DNA of 64,000 nucleotides, taken from sequence record ON528725; one strand, given 5' to 3'. The position numbers and the translations under genes were made by a program. Source of the DNA: Shigella phage ESh15. Positions 9,292-19,706 of this stretch are shown here, one piece after another. Each line of letters opens with the position of its first letter. Positions within the stretch are counted from its first letter, which is position 1. The notes below the pieces were generated by a model. The model was not told the DNA's origin. It did no database searches and was given only the letters and a program-made list of their open reading frames with translations.

Positions 9292-10254
9292 TTATTTCCA
9301 AGTCAGTTCACAGGTCAGTTGAAGAAGCATATACATAACATGTAATTCAATATTACTTGCTAGTCCATGAAACTTATTATTTTCGCCTGCAATTTCGTAA
9401 AGCGAAATAATACTTTTACCAGGTGCAACTTGGTCATAACATTCTGAAACTAATTTATCGATGAACCACGAATAATCTGCAGCATATTTTGGAGCTAATG
9501 CACGAAGCTGTTTGATATCTTTGTTCTTCATTGCTTCGATAACATCAGAGACTGTGCCACGGTCATTAGTTACGATAGACAGAATACCTGCATCAAGAAC
9601 ACCTTTAGACGAGTACTGGTCTAATTGGCCGATTGTGCGACGAAAGTCTGGGAAGTTCTTTTTAACCAGAGCTGCAACAACTTTCATATCAGCGATTTCG
9701 ATATTTTCGTTCTTACAGATTTCAACCATACGATGAATCATTTTCTTCATCATCGAGATTTTATCTTCTTCAGTCGGACGACCGAATTCGATAACTCGAC
9801 AACGGCTACGTAATGGTTCAATAATTCCGTCAATATTGTTAGCAGTGATAATAATAGAGCAATTACTAGAGAATTCTTCCATAAACGTACGAAGGTGACG
9901 TTGTGATTCAGCGAGGCCACTACGGTCAAATTCATCAATAACAATAACTTTAGGCTTGCCTTCCATTGAGACTGAACGAGCGAATGCAGTTAACGGACCG
10001 CGTACAAAATCAATTTTACAATCAGAACCGTTGACGAACATCATTTCAGCATTGATATCGTTACATAATGCTTTTGCTACGGTTGTTTTACCTGTACCAG
10101 GAGAAGGAGAGTGCAAAATAATATGAGGAAGTTTTCCTTTAGATACTAAAGACTTGAATGTTTCATGGTCATATGCAGGCAGAATACATTCGTCAATGGA
10201 AGAAGGACGATATTTCTGTTCTAGAATGTGTTCTTTGGAATTGATAGTAATCAT
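9292..10254 (-). CDS. 44: clamp loader large subunit (AAA+ ATPase)
   Basis: 320 aa; Walker [11 protein letters not shown], Walker [12 protein letters not shown] motif; GAGGA RBS. Confidence 0.95.
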   Translation of the reverse strand: MITINSKEHILEQKYRPSSIDECILPAYDHETFKSLVSKGKLPHIILHSPSPGTGKTTVAKALCNDINAEMMFVNGSDCKIDFVRGPLTAFARSVSMEGKPKVIVIDEFDRSGLAESQRHLRTFMEEFSSNCSIIITANNIDGIIEPLRSRCRVIEFGRPTEEDKISMMKKMIHRMVEICKNENIEIADMKVVAALVKKNFPDFRRTIGQLDQYSSKGVLDAGILSIVTNDRGTVSDVIEAMKNKDIKQLRALAPKYAADYSWFIDKLVSECYDQVAPGKSIISLYEIAGENNKFHGLASNIELHVMYMLLQLTCELTWK

Positions 10255-10329
10255 GTAATTTTCCTCATTATCATTAATCTGGAGGATTTCTCCTCCATAA
10301 TCGTACTACATTAAACGTAAAGCTTTGAC

Positions 10330-11016
10330 TTAGAAGTCGTGAGTAGAATCGGCTTCCATTGCAATAACATAACTTACTTGAGAGCTTTCAAACTTAGCTG
10401 CAACTTTATCACCAGCTCCCCACAACATTACTTTATAGTTACCTGGCTGGATTTTCATATTAGCCATATTGATTACGAAGTTAAAGTTATTAGAACCATC
10501 ATAATCGGTAAGAGTCAAAGAATACTTAGGACGAGTTAGTCCAGAGTCTTCAACTTTATTATAACCATTGATAACAATTTTACCATCTTTATTTGTAATA
10601 GCAATTGTATCAATCTGGAGACCACGTGAAACTCGAAGCAATTGTTGAAGGTCTTCAGCTTTAATTTCAGTAATAACGGAAGCTACTGGGAACTGAATTG
10701 GCTTATTAGGGAACACTATAGTGCTCTTGTCAGCAGCAGGCCAATAAACTGTGGAACGTGTATCTGCAATTTTAATATTGCCATCGGTGTGCATTGAAAT
10801 TTCAGCATCATCAGACACTAGACTCAAAATGCTTAAGAAGCTATTCAAATCATAAAGTGCTACATCAAAATCAATTTCATCAGAGATATTTGCTTCCGCA
10901 TAAGTGGTGCCATTAACCGCACGGGTCATAATAAATTTACCTTGACTCAACAGAATGCCGGAGTTAATAGAGGCAAAGTTTTTCAGAATAGCGATAGTAT
11001 CTTTAGACAGTTTCAT
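10330..11016 (-). CDS. 45: sliding clamp
   Basis: 228 aa from MKLSKDTIAILKNFASINSGI, matches T4 gp45 length and N-terminus; ORF-track start at 11031 over-extended. Confidence 0.95.
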   Translation of the reverse strand: MKLSKDTIAILKNFASINSGILLSQGKFIMTRAVNGTTYAEANISDEIDFDVALYDLNSFLSILSLVSDDAEISMHTDGNIKIADTRSTVYWPAADKSTIVFPNKPIQFPVASVITEIKAEDLQQLLRVSRGLQIDTIAITNKDGKIVINGYNKVEDSGLTRPKYSLTLTDYDGSNNFNFVINMANMKIQPGNYKVMLWGAGDKVAAKFESSQVSYVIAMEADSTHDF

Positions 11017-11056
11017 TTTATTTCCTTTCAAGACAATTCAAAGTTTAAAAAATTTA

Positions 11057-11473
11057 TTATGCAGCAACCATCTGCTTTTTAATAGCTTCAGGCAGTGATT
11101 CAATATATTCTGGAATTTTAGAAGCAACAATTTCACCAGCTGCAATTAGTTGTTCGTCGGCATCAACACAATAGAAATCTTCCAGGCGCTCAGAACCATC
11201 TTTATCAAGAACGATTTTTCCACCAGCTTCAATAGAATCTTTATAGTGCTTACGCATCAGATGAATCCACATATCAGATACATCGTTATCAATAAAACCA
11301 TAAATCATAAAACGAGTTTCTTGTGGCAAAGATTGAAGCTTTTTAGCACTTGCGTCATCACAATGCAGGACCCATGCTTTACGAACACGATTATGGTTAT
11401 GCGGGTTAGCGTCAGTACGGATAGAAGTAACTTTCAGATCAGCAGCAGTGAAACCTTTAGCAGTAGTAAACAT
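11057..11473 (-). CDS. rpbA: RNA polymerase binding protein RpbA-like
   Basis: 138 aa ORF in the T4 rpbA position between 45 and 46; call by synteny only. Confidence 0.5.
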   Translation of the reverse strand: MFTTAKGFTAADLKVTSIRTDANPHNHNRVRKAWVLHCDDASAKKLQSLPQETRFMIYGFIDNDVSDMWIHLMRKHYKDSIEAGGKIVLDKDGSERLEDFYCVDADEQLIAAGEIVASKIPEYIESLPEAIKKQMVAA

Positions 11474-11485
11474 ATTATTTCTCTC

Positions 11486-11686
11486 TTATTCGTAGAAGTC
11501 AGTAACTGTCCATGCGGAATTGCGATTAGACATTATTTTATTATACTCATCTTTAAAAGCAGATTTGAGCATTTGTTCAGTAACAATATGTTCTTCACCT
11601 GAAAACGTATTGGTCAAAACATATTTTTTAATTTCAGGGACAACGAGAAGATGTTGACCGGTTGAATACTCCATGTTGTTCTCCAT
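11486..11686 (-). CDS. hypothetical protein (45.2 position)
   Basis: 66 aa ORF, synteny. Confidence 0.45.
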   Translation of the reverse strand: MENNMEYSTGQHLLVVPEIKKYVLTNTFSGEEHIVTEQMLKSAFKDEYNKIMSNRNSAWTVTDFYE

Positions 11687-11728
11687 TTAATTTGATGTGG
11701 TCATTATAACCACATCGTGTTAAAGCGT

Positions 11729-13417
11729 TTATGAAACAGTCATCACAGTAAATCGTCCAACTTTGCTCATCCGAAGATGTTGTCCATAAGCTTGTGGGTC
11801 ATGGTCTCTGTGACTAATTATAAACACGTTTGCATCGGTTAGAGAGTTAAGAATTGTTGAAATAGCTTTAATACCTTCAGAATCAGTCGCGGAATCCATG
11901 ACTTCGTCCATAATTAATGTATTGATTCTAACACCAGAAACCTTTTCAGCAATATCTCGCCATGTAAACAACAATGCGATATCGATACGTGCCTTTTCAC
12001 CTTGACTAAATGAAGCATAACTAAAATCTTCACGGCCACGGGATTTTATAGATTCATTGAATTCTTCGTCAATAGAAAACACGTAATCAGCTTCCATGAT
12101 TTTAAGATAATGGTTAATCTGCTTGTTGAACAGAGGCACATATTTTTTAATGATAGCACCTTTAATACCAGAATCTTTTAACATATCTGTGATAATACCA
12201 CGATGGTATTTTTCAAGAACGATATCTGATTTTGTTTTAATGATTTTATCAAGTTCTTTTTGAAGCAAAGCTATCTCATCGGCATGGTCGATAAATTCCG
12301 CCGAGGCTTGCTCTATTGCAGCTTTAACTTTCTTAGCTTTATCAATAGTGGCAATCATTGCTTGTTTCTTGGTACGGATATCGGATGCAAGGTCCTGTTT
12401 AGTCTTAACATTAGCTCGATATTCGTCCACTAGGACACTCAGATTATCTCTGTGGCAGGTAAGTTGCTCGAATGAGTGATTACATTCATGAAGCTTATCG
12501 GTAATCTTAGAGACAATAGGGTCACCCTGGTGCAACTGTGATGCACAAGTAGGACATGTGCCACCGTCATGATACATCTTAATAACTTTGTTATATGAGT
12601 CAATTTTAGATTTAATCAAGAATGCTTCTTGTCCTATCTTGTTGAATGCCTCAGTAGGGTCTTCGTCAAGAACAATATTAAGTAGACGCTCGTTAGCTTC
12701 TTCGATTTCTGCTTTTAATGAACGAGCTTCTTTGGCTAGGTCGTCATACATATTCTGTAGACGCGCTACATTATCACCAGATAATTTCTTTTGACGTTCG
12801 ATATTCTCGTTATAAATCTTAATTTGTTGGATAATACCATCTTTCTTGGCATCGAGAACTTGTCCCTGGGAATTAAGTTCGCGAACTTGAGACTTATTGA
12901 TTTTATCCATTTCAGCAAGTGTGCCGACTTCTAAAAGGTCTTCGACAAGTTTTCTACGAGCAGGGGTGCTAAGAGCCATGAAAGGGGTATACCCTGCCGT
13001 CCCAAGCACAACGATTTGTTTAAAAGACGCATATGACATTCCGATGCTACGTTCAAATTCTTCTTGGAAGTCGCGACTGCTGGCAGATTCATCAAGACGA
13101 ACACCGTCAACGGAGATTTCGAAAATATTGGGCTTTTGGCCACGTTTAATGAAGTATTTTTTATCATCGAATTCCATCCAAAGCTCAACTAAGAGCTCTT
13201 TCTTGTTCGTGCTATTAATGATTTGTCCTTTCTTAACATCACGAAATGGTTTACCGAAAAGTCCGAAAGTAATGGCTTCTAACATCGTAGATTTACCACC
13301 ACCATTTTTACCAGTGATTAATGTCTTTTGGACTTTATCTAATTGGATATCGATAGGATTCCCACCTACCGACATGATGTTTTGATAACGAACACGATTT
13401 AATTTAAATGATTTCAT
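11729..13417 (-). CDS. 46: recombination nuclease subunit (Rad50/SbcC-like ATPase)
   Basis: 562 aa; Walker A GKNGGGKST, coiled-coil middle with CPTC zinc hook-like motif, C-terminal signature/Walker B region. Confidence 0.95.
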   Translation of the reverse strand: MKSFKLNRVRYQNIMSVGGNPIDIQLDKVQKTLITGKNGGGKSTMLEAITFGLFGKPFRDVKKGQIINSTNKKELLVELWMEFDDKKYFIKRGQKPNIFEISVDGVRLDESASSRDFQEEFERSIGMSYASFKQIVVLGTAGYTPFMALSTPARRKLVEDLLEVGTLAEMDKINKSQVRELNSQGQVLDAKKDGIIQQIKIYNENIERQKKLSGDNVARLQNMYDDLAKEARSLKAEIEEANERLLNIVLDEDPTEAFNKIGQEAFLIKSKIDSYNKVIKMYHDGGTCPTCASQLHQGDPIVSKITDKLHECNHSFEQLTCHRDNLSVLVDEYRANVKTKQDLASDIRTKKQAMIATIDKAKKVKAAIEQASAEFIDHADEIALLQKELDKIIKTKSDIVLEKYHRGIITDMLKDSGIKGAIIKKYVPLFNKQINHYLKIMEADYVFSIDEEFNESIKSRGREDFSYASFSQGEKARIDIALLFTWRDIAEKVSGVRINTLIMDEVMDSATDSEGIKAISTILNSLTDANVFIISHRDHDPQAYGQHLRMSKVGRFTVMTVS

Positions 13418-13662
13418 ATGTATTCTCTTCGAATGAAGTCCTCTACATATTTTAACATGTCATCTCTATCAGCAAAATATTCATCTAGTTCTGCATACAT
13501 AACAACACCTGGTGCATACTCACAGGTAACATACATTGTTCCAAAGAAACGAGGAGTTGTCTCCTCGTAATTCTCAGTCCATTCAACGATACCAATATAA
13601 CCGTCACCAATACTAAATTCGTGACGATGGATTTCATAGTCAGTCTTCGTCATTATACGCAT
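13414..13662 (-). CDS. hypothetical protein (46.1 position)
   Basis: 82 aa ORF, 4-nt overlap with gene 46. Confidence 0.45.
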   Translation of the reverse strand: MRIMTKTDYEIHRHEFSIGDGYIGIVEWTENYEETTPRFFGTMYVTCEYAPGVVMYAELDEYFADRDDMLKYVEDFIRREYI

Positions 13663-13897
13663 CCTCGATACATGCTTCAGCCATTTTAAGAATAGAGCCA
13701 GGAGTATCGTTGTCCATTATATTAAAGCTAAATTCAATAGCCCAGTCGGTACAGACATGAACGGCTTTAACTTCATTGCCTTCAACGCGTAATGGCTCAA
13801 TCCAATACTTGATAGTGTTCTCGAATCCATCATCATCTTTAACGTCTATTTCAACTTCAAGTCCGAGCCCAGCATTGTTAAATTCATCTAAAGTCAT
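13640..13897 (-). CDS. hypothetical acidic protein (46.2 position)
   Basis: 85 aa ORF overlapping neighbours. Confidence 0.45.
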   Translation of the reverse strand: MTLDEFNNAGLGLEVEIDVKDDDGFENTIKYWIEPLRVEGNEVKAVHVCTDWAIEFSFNIMDNDTPGSILKMAEACIEDAYNDED

Positions 13898-14913
13898 TGT
13901 GTTGCCTCAATATAAAGTTCGTTAGAATATTTGACCAGCGCTTCTCTGTCTTCGTCTGAGATATCTGGAATCGCGTCAATATATTCTTTAATGATATCTT
14001 GAAGTGATTTAATCTCGATTTCCTGGTCGTCATCAGATTCAACACTGTTATCAACTTTAGAAACCATACGAAGAGAGTGAACTACTTTTTCAAGTTCAGA
14101 TTCAAACTTAGTCAACTCTGAATCAATTTCTGATACTATAACACGTACGGCTAGATTAGTATAATCAGAATAATTGATTTTGCCTTTAAATGGATAAGTG
14201 ATTCGTCGATGCCACGTTGTTTCATTAGGAATAAATTCCATACGTTCAACATCAGTGTCAAATACCCAGAATCCGCGAGGATCATTCTCGTCACCTGCAG
14301 TAAGGGTCCATGGTGTCCCAATATATTTGACGTTAGCAGCTTCAGAGATTGTGTGGAAGTGGCCGGACCAGACTTGTTTATAGGTCTTTAAGAAATCAGG
14401 TTCAAGCCCATGAGACTTCATTCCTTTATAGAAATAAAAGCCATTCAGTTCCCAGTGACCAACACAATACGCAGCAGAAGAAGTCTTGATGTGCTCTAAG
14501 ATTTCACCTGTATTTTCTTCACACATCCATGGAACGATATCAATCAGACATCCGTCAAAATCTACAGTAGTTGGATGTTCGTAAATAGTAAAGTTTTCAA
14601 ATTGAGTTAACAATTCAGAAACAGTGTTAGGTGTTATTGTATTCTTAAACGCCATGTCATGGTTTCCTATCGTGACATGAACGTGAATGCCTGCTTTAGA
14701 AATCATATCAACGATTTCACGATTGAATTCCATTGTACGATGTGTGATTGCTTTACGGACGTCGAACCAATCACCGTACTGAATCCAAGTTTTAATCCCG
14801 TGTTTCTTAGAGTATTCAATTGCTTGACGAATACCATCACGTTGAATATCTTGAACCCATGGGTCATCTTGTTTGACTCCGATATGGAAGTCGCCTAAGT
14901 GCAAAATTTTCAT
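13894..14913 (-). CDS. 47: recombination nuclease subunit (Mre11/SbcD-like phosphoesterase)
   Basis: 339 aa; MKILHLGDFH, GNHD and HWELNG phosphoesterase motifs; matches T4 gp47 length. Confidence 0.95.
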   Translation of the reverse strand: MKILHLGDFHIGVKQDDPWVQDIQRDGIRQAIEYSKKHGIKTWIQYGDWFDVRKAITHRTMEFNREIVDMISKAGIHVHVTIGNHDMAFKNTITPNTVSELLTQFENFTIYEHPTTVDFDGCLIDIVPWMCEENTGEILEHIKTSSAAYCVGHWELNGFYFYKGMKSHGLEPDFLKTYKQVWSGHFHTISEAANVKYIGTPWTLTAGDENDPRGFWVFDTDVERMEFIPNETTWHRRITYPFKGKINYSDYTNLAVRVIVSEIDSELTKFESELEKVVHSLRMVSKVDNSVESDDDQEIEIKSLQDIIKEYIDAIPDISDEDREALVKYSNELYIEATQ

Positions 14914-14959
14914 ATTATTTCCTCATTAGTTAATTCATTCTATCATCCGTTTATAAAGC

Positions 14960-14983
14960 AAAAAAGGAACTCCGAAGAGTTCC
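14960..14983 (-). terminator. rho-independent terminator
   Basis: minus-strand GGAACUC-UUCG-GAGUUCC followed by UUUUUU. Confidence 0.6.
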
Positions 14984-15156
14984 TATCCACATAGTACACC
15001 GTACAGAGGCTCATTTGAACTTTTAAATCGAATGGGCTTGTACGTAATAGTTCCTTCGGCTTTAGCTTTATCATAAGACTCTTTAAAACATCTCATTCTT
15101 TCTGCTTTGCCTTTACGGATTTTATCGAAATTTTCAGAAGTCGGGATGTTCGTCAT
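14983..15156 (-). CDS. small hypothetical protein (57 aa), below ORF-track cutoff
   Basis: ATG with GAGAGGTG RBS; MTNIPTSENFDKIRKGKAERMRCF...; ends at the terminator. Confidence 0.4.
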   Translation of the reverse strand: MTNIPTSENFDKIRKGKAERMRCFKESYDKAKAEGTITYKPIRFKSSNEPLYGVLCG

Positions 15157-15195
15157 GCATAAGCACCTCTCAGAAAATGCCTAAATCGATTTCTC

Positions 15196-15417
15196 TCATC
15201 GTTTCCACCATTTCTTAACTTGAAATGAATCAACCCACACGAGTTGTTTTGGGTCTGCCTTTACAATAGGCGGACAAATTTCTGTAATAGAACCGTCGTG
15301 ATATTCCTTTTCGGAAATTTTAACACAAAGAGGACCACCCAATTTAATGGTGAACCCTGCGTTCAGCTTCAGACGTTTAAACTTTGTTTGAACTAGCGCC
15401 ATTAATGATGTCCTCAA
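15196..15417 (-). CDS. hypothetical protein
   Basis: 73 aa ORF; note that no alpha-glucosyltransferase-sized gene lies between 47 and 55. Confidence 0.4.
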   Translation of the reverse strand: MRTSLMALVQTKFKRLKLNAGFTIKLGGPLCVKISEKEYHDGSITEICPPIVKADPKQLVWVDSFQVKKWWKR

Positions 15418-15700
15418 TAGCCTGACGAGTAGTAATCCACTGGATTTTAATTAACTTGTCATTATATGGTTGTCGTAGAATATCCCGAGATTTCTTAATA
15501 GCATATTCGTAAGCTTCGAAGTTGTTTTGAATTGCTGCTTCTTGAGCATGAGCATAAAGTCGATTTAGTTCAAAACGATTCTTTTTAAGAATCTTTTCGG
15601 ATTTTTTACGTGCTTCAGCTTCATTTTTCTTTTGTATTTCTTGTAGCATTTTAGCTACTGCATCTTCTGCTTCTTTATTTTCAATAATCTCGGTAGTCAT
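15377..15700 (-). CDS. hypothetical coiled-coil protein
   Basis: 107 aa ORF. Confidence 0.45.
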   Translation of the reverse strand: MTTEIIENKEAEDAVAKMLQEIQKKNEAEARKKSEKILKKNRFELNRLYAHAQEAAIQNNFEAYEYAIKKSRDILRQPYNDKLIKIQWITTRQAIEDIINGASSNKV

Positions 15701-15701
15701 A

Positions 15702-15917
15702 TTATCTCATTAAATTAAAATAAAAACGTCCGTCCTCTTCAATACAGAACTCGTACTCAACTGGAGTCCCATTTATCGAAAATGACACGTCATGTGGGTT
15801 CAAAGGGTCGATGTCAAAATTAATTTTAAATTCTCGACCCAACAGTTTTACCAAATAAGGGATTGCTTCGTCAAAAGGTTCTTCTAAGTAGTTAGAGATG
15901 TCAATTGTCGTCCTCAT
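15702..15917 (-). CDS. hypothetical protein
   Basis: ORF-track 15702..15995; likely start at internal Met 15917 to limit overlap with gene 55. Confidence 0.4.
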   Translation of the reverse strand: MRTTIDISNYLEEPFDEAIPYLVKLLGREFKINFDIDPLNPHDVSFSINGTPVEYEFCIEEDGRFYFNLMR

Positions 15918-16458
15918 ATAAAAAATCCAAACTAGGCGAATCGCTAACAACTTCCTTCTTTTCAGCCCCAGGAGCTTTATAAGCGGATTCTTCATAATGC
16001 GTCATTTTATCGTAGATGTCTTGAATAAACGTTTCATCTACCAACGCTACCATATCATCGTCATGACTGTCGTAGACATTATGAACGAAGTAACTATATT
16101 TCTTTGCAACTTCCTTACGTTCTTTTTTGATACGTTGGACAAAAGCATTAAAACAAGCTCGAGTTATGTATGCATGTGGGTTATTGTACTTAGTTTCGTC
16201 GAAATTATGAAGTCCCTTAATAGAGGCTTCAATCCCATCTGCAATCATCTCCTGCTTCCAAGACTGGGTATATCCTGAAAAGTTGAAACGTTTGGACAGG
16301 CCTTCGGCGATAAGCATAATTGCTAAACCGATGGTATCATTCTGACGAATAATTTTGTTTGGGTCTTTATTATTTAAGAGCTCCTTTTTCCACTCGATTA
16401 TAGCGGCGAGAAGCTCTTTATTATTCACATAGTTATTTTTAGGTTTTTGTTCAGTCAT
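15901..16458 (-). CDS. 55: late-transcription sigma factor
   Basis: 185 aa; [10 protein letters not shown]...[52 protein letters not shown] matches T4 gp55. Confidence 0.95.
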   Translation of the reverse strand: MTEQKPKNNYVNNKELLAAIIEWKKELLNNKDPNKIIRQNDTIGLAIMLIAEGLSKRFNFSGYTQSWKQEMIADGIEASIKGLHNFDETKYNNPHAYITRACFNAFVQRIKKERKEVAKKYSYFVHNVYDSHDDDMVALVDETFIQDIYDKMTHYEESAYKAPGAEKKEVVSDSPSLDFLYEDDN

Positions 16459-16613
16459 AAGTACCTCTTAGCTCAATTCATAGGTCTATTATATCATAAT
16501 ATTTAGAGACCTATCTTAAAGCACGAGATACTATCAAAGATACATAACTTTTATAAAGTTGACGACTTAAAATTCACCAAACTTTTCTTCGGTTATAGCA
16601 ATTCGAGATAGTT

Positions 16614-16841
16614 TCATTCTAATTCCTTTGCTGCAAATAAGGCAGCATCCAACGAATCAAATTGGTCAACGAAATCAATATTCAACGCATCGTCAACCGT
16701 AGCATATAACCACCACTGTTTGAATTCATATTCTAGGATAAATCCAGGCCCTTCAATCTGAGGAAGACCTAGACTATTTGTACCAACTTCGTAACCAGCT
16801 AGACGCAGGTCATTAATCAAAGTTTCTGTTAATACACTCAT
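16614..16841 (-). CDS. hypothetical protein
   Basis: 75 aa ORF. Confidence 0.45.
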   Translation of the reverse strand: MSVLTETLINDLRLAGYEVGTNSLGLPQIEGPGFILEYEFKQWWLYATVDDALNIDFVDQFDSLDAALFAAKELE

Positions 16842-17170
16842 TTTACCGCCTTAACAATTTTCAGGTCAACGAATTTTTTCTTACGTTGATTTTTCATACG
16901 ACGGATAGTCTTTTCAGAGATTTCATGTTTCTGATAAGCTTTAGATTCAACACCAAATGCAGCAACGTCAAATTCAGAAAGAATATATTGTACTAGAATT
17001 TCGCGAATAGAATTACGTCCAATTTTCTGGTCGTGTTTTTGCATGATTTCATAAAGACGGAATTCCCACGCGTCAAGAACTTGAGGAGTAACAATATTGC
17101 CGGATTCCAGAAGAGCAACAACTTTATCGAAAGCGAAAGAATTAACTACGTTTTTGATTTTAGTAGACAT
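16838..17170 (-). CDS. hypothetical protein
   Basis: start at internal Met with GAGGAAAATAAT RBS; ORF-track start 17218 runs into the promoter region. Confidence 0.45.
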   Translation of the reverse strand: MSTKIKNVVNSFAFDKVVALLESGNIVTPQVLDAWEFRLYEIMQKHDQKIGRNSIREILVQYILSEFDVAAFGVESKAYQKHEISEKTIRRMKNQRKKKFVDLKIVKAVK

Positions 17171-17207
17171 ATTATTTTCCTCGGTTATTTTATTATCCAA
17201 CGAGAGA

Positions 17208-17236
17208 ATTATACTCATCTCTCAAGAGTTGTATAT
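17208..17236 (-). promoter_or_regulatory. sigma70-type promoter-like element with palindrome-flanked -10 (repeat copy 1)
   Basis: minus-strand TATAAT flanked by GAGAGA/TCTCTC inverted repeat; about 40 bp near-identical to the element at 47360..47400. Confidence 0.4.
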
Positions 17237-17475
17237 TATTTTTTAAGCATGAAAAGTAAGTAATTTGTATCACGTGGAGTAATATCAACACCCATATCAA
17301 AGATGCCTTTATAGATTGGGTATTTGTTTTCGGTTGTATCGAAGCTGAAACTATTTCCATCACAACTAACAGTAATAGCATCTGTTAAAATGTCATACTC
17401 AATCCTAACAATTGAATTCCCAATTTTAACGTCGAGGTGTTTTTTGAATTTGATAAAATCTAATTCTTGGGCCAT
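17236..17475 (-). CDS. hypothetical protein
   Basis: 79 aa from internal Met with GAGGAAAATATC RBS. Confidence 0.45.
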   Translation of the reverse strand: MAQELDFIKFKKHLDVKIGNSIVRIEYDILTDAITVSCDGNSFSFDTTENKYPIYKGIFDMGVDITPRDTNYLLFMLKK

Positions 17476-17537
17476 GATATTTTCCTCATTTAAGACGATA
17501 GGAAGATAATAACATGTCTTCCTATCGTTGTACATTA

Positions 17538-17750
17538 TTAACCGAACTTTTTAGCGCCTTTCCAGCCTTCGTACATAGCTGCACAAGTCAGTAGTACAGC
17601 GTGCTGGCATTCTTTGTATTTGTAAATCCAGAACCAGCGTAAAAAGTCTTCATCCTCAACACCATTGAGTTTCATGTTGGCAAAGAATTCTGCACGTTCT
17701 TCACGAAGTTGCCATGACACAATATTTTCAGGATTCATTTTATATTCCAT
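17538..17750 (-). CDS. hypothetical protein
   Basis: 70 aa ORF. Confidence 0.4.
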   Translation of the reverse strand: MEYKMNPENIVSWQLREERAEFFANMKLNGVEDEDFLRWFWIYKYKECQHAVLLTCAAMYEGWKGAKKFG

Positions 17751-17962
17751 GCCCCATTTTCATCGATGAACTTAATCCAGTCATTTACGGACCATTTAGT
17801 TGTATCACCCTTTGGATTAACATTTAAAGTATATAATCCCTGCTTAAAAAGCATTCGTTTGATATTCATAATTTCCTCAACTGTAACGATAACATTCGTT
17901 AGCTTTACGTTTGGCTTCAGTATGAGAAGTATTATAATCATAATCTTCTTTACTGTAAACAT
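17735..17962 (-). CDS. hypothetical protein
   Basis: 75 aa ORF. Confidence 0.4.
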   Translation of the reverse strand: MFTVKKIMIIILLILKPNVKLTNVIVTVEEIMNIKRMLFKQGLYTLNVNPKGDTTKWSVNDWIKFIDENGAWNIK

Positions 17963-18170
17963 CTTTTTTCAACTTACGAACTTCTTTGCGGAGTTGTCGA
18001 TTCATTTCGTTCTTGACTTCAGAATCAACGCCTTTCATACGTTTCCATTTATCTGAGCGGAAGATGTTTTCAACCATGTCTTTGTGGCTAACACCATCAG
18101 GAGCTTTACGCTTACCAAAATAGTCGTAATCGCGAACTTTCAAATCTTTACGACGATATGTTTTACCCAT
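17877..18170 (-). CDS. hypothetical basic protein
   Basis: start at internal Met with GAGGTA RBS. Confidence 0.4.
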   Translation of the reverse strand: MGKTYRRKDLKVRDYDYFGKRKAPDGVSHKDMVENIFRSDKWKRMKGVDSEVKNEMNRQLRKEVRKLKKDVYSKEDYDYNTSHTEAKRKANECYRYS

Positions 18171-18177
18171 AAGTACC

Positions 18178-18426
18178 TCAGAGGTTGATTGATACAATGC
18201 GTTTGATAAAATTCACTTCACTTACTGAAAGGTTTTTAAGACCGATTGATTCTAAACGCTGAGTAAGCGTCAACATCGGGATATAATCCCAATGAGTTTT
18301 ATTTGCTTGATAAGTACGAACGCCATTAGCAATTTCAACATGCAAATCTGAAATGGTAATGAATACCAGACGCTCATCATTAACTTTAAGGGTTAGAACA
18401 ACTTTCTTTGAATCTAAACTAATCAT
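18178..18426 (-). CDS. hypothetical protein
   Basis: 82 aa ORF. Confidence 0.4.
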   Translation of the reverse strand: MISLDSKKVVLTLKVNDERLVFITISDLHVEIANGVRTYQANKTHWDYIPMLTLTQRLESIGLKNLSVSEVNFIKRIVSINL

Positions 18427-18605
18427 AGTTTAATTTCCTTCGCGATTGAACAGAAGATACCACGGTCACAAAGCAGTTCACCAATTTCTGGATATTTGAT
18501 TGAACGATACCAAACATCCAGGCTTGAAATTCTGGTTATCCGTACTGCATTACCGTTGACAGAATAGTACTGGTCAACCTTAATTTCTTTATCTTCAATT
18601 GTCAT
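18423..18605 (-). CDS. hypothetical protein (60 aa)
   Basis: internal Met with GAGGAAAATAAA RBS; GTTTAC -35-like element just upstream. Confidence 0.4.
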   Translation of the reverse strand: MTIEDKEIKVDQYYSVNGNAVRITRISSLDVWYRSIKYPEIGELLCDRGIFCSIAKEIKL

Positions 18606-18740
18606 TTTATTTTCCTCTATAGTAGTTGGTTTAATCTTAACACATCTATTGAGGATGTAAACTGTTTTATGAAAATATTTTTGATTTGAGAGGGGCACAA
18701 GGAGATAGTGAAGTGAAGATTCCAATGGATTATATTAGAA

Positions 18741-18772
18741 ATGAGATAAAGAAGACCAGGCGGCACCTGGTC
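18741..18772 (-). terminator. rho-independent terminator
   Basis: GACCAGG-UGCCG-CCUGGUC perfect 7-bp stem followed by U-rich tract; overlaps stop of upstream gene. Confidence 0.55.
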
Positions 18773-19094
18773 AATCTTCTATGATATCAGAGTCGTATCC
18801 TAATGAAATCAAGGACTTTTTAAACTCTGCAATATTCTTTTGTTTCTTATCATTTAAAAATATGACAGGATAACGAATATTAAGTGAAGTGAATCCTGCA
18901 CGTTTAGCAAGAGATACGATTAAAGGACGGTCATATTCAATCTTACCATTATTAGTGAGGACTTTATAAAATGTATAAGGAGCATTGAGCTCCTTTAAAA
19001 GTTTTGTAACAGTATAACATCCTGGACAACGTCCAACTTCTTCAGGGATGCCATAAATTTCAATCTTGTTCTTTAAGTTCGAGTTTTGTTCCAC
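18771..19094 (-). CDS. glutaredoxin-like protein (NrdH-type)
   Basis: IEIYGIPEEVGRCPGCYTVTKLL redox CxxC motif; probable GTG start; overlaps end of 19060..19377 ORF in another frame. Confidence 0.5.
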   Translation of the reverse strand: MEQNSNLKNKIEIYGIPEEVGRCPGCYTVTKLLKELNAPYTFYKVLTNNGKIEYDRPLIVSLAKRAGFTSLNIRYPVIFLNDKKQKNIAEFKKSLISLGYDSDIIED

Positions 19095-19377
19095 GAGAAA
19101 TAATTCCTTGGTAAGCCCAATAAGGAGGATTAACAGAATCCTCACCAGAGTTTTCTTCAGGAAAATAAACCTGGATAACAAATCCAGATGCATCAAAGGT
19201 AAAATAAACCGTAGGCAGTTCACCTAACAATTCGGCACGAGCGTTAATTTCTTCGAGATCTCGTTCACGTCCAGCCCAAAAACTAGGATTTAGACTACAT
19301 TCGTAAAAATAATAGTCATTACCGAACATATCAAACCCCTTCCAACTCTCTACCACGTACTGCTCAAAACTAATCAT
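19060..19377 (-). CDS. hypothetical acidic protein
   Basis: 105 aa ORF. Confidence 0.45.
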   Translation of the reverse strand: MISFEQYVVESWKGFDMFGNDYYFYECSLNPSFWAGRERDLEEINARAELLGELPTVYFTFDASGFVIQVYFPEENSGEDSVNPPYWAYQGIISRGTKLELKEQD

Positions 19378-19379
19378 AA

Positions 19380-19595
19380 TTAAGCCTTTTTATCAAGAAC
19401 AGAATTCAGTTTGTTAGTAATTTTGTCCAGACGCTCATTGAACTCACTAGAAGATAAGCCCTTTTCTGGAGAAATTAAACTAATCACGAAAAATACACCA
19501 GTAAAAGGAATAAGAAAAATAGCTCCAACTGCCATAAACAAAAAGAACGTTACAGTTGTAAGAAAATCAGCTAAACCTTTACGAAATTTATACAT
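19380..19595 (-). CDS. small membrane protein
   Basis: 71 aa; long hydrophobic segment FLFMAVGAIFLIPFTGVFFVISLI. Confidence 0.5.
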   Translation of the reverse strand: MYKFRKGLADFLTTVTFFLFMAVGAIFLIPFTGVFFVISLISPEKGLSSSEFNERLDKITNKLNSVLDKKA

Positions 19596-19706
19596 ATTTA
19601 CCCTTAATTAATTAACCAAGCATTGATAAGCAAACCATATTGCGAATAAAATTCTGGACCAAAATGAAAAATCATATCATTTATAGTATCCATAATATAA
19701 TTCAAT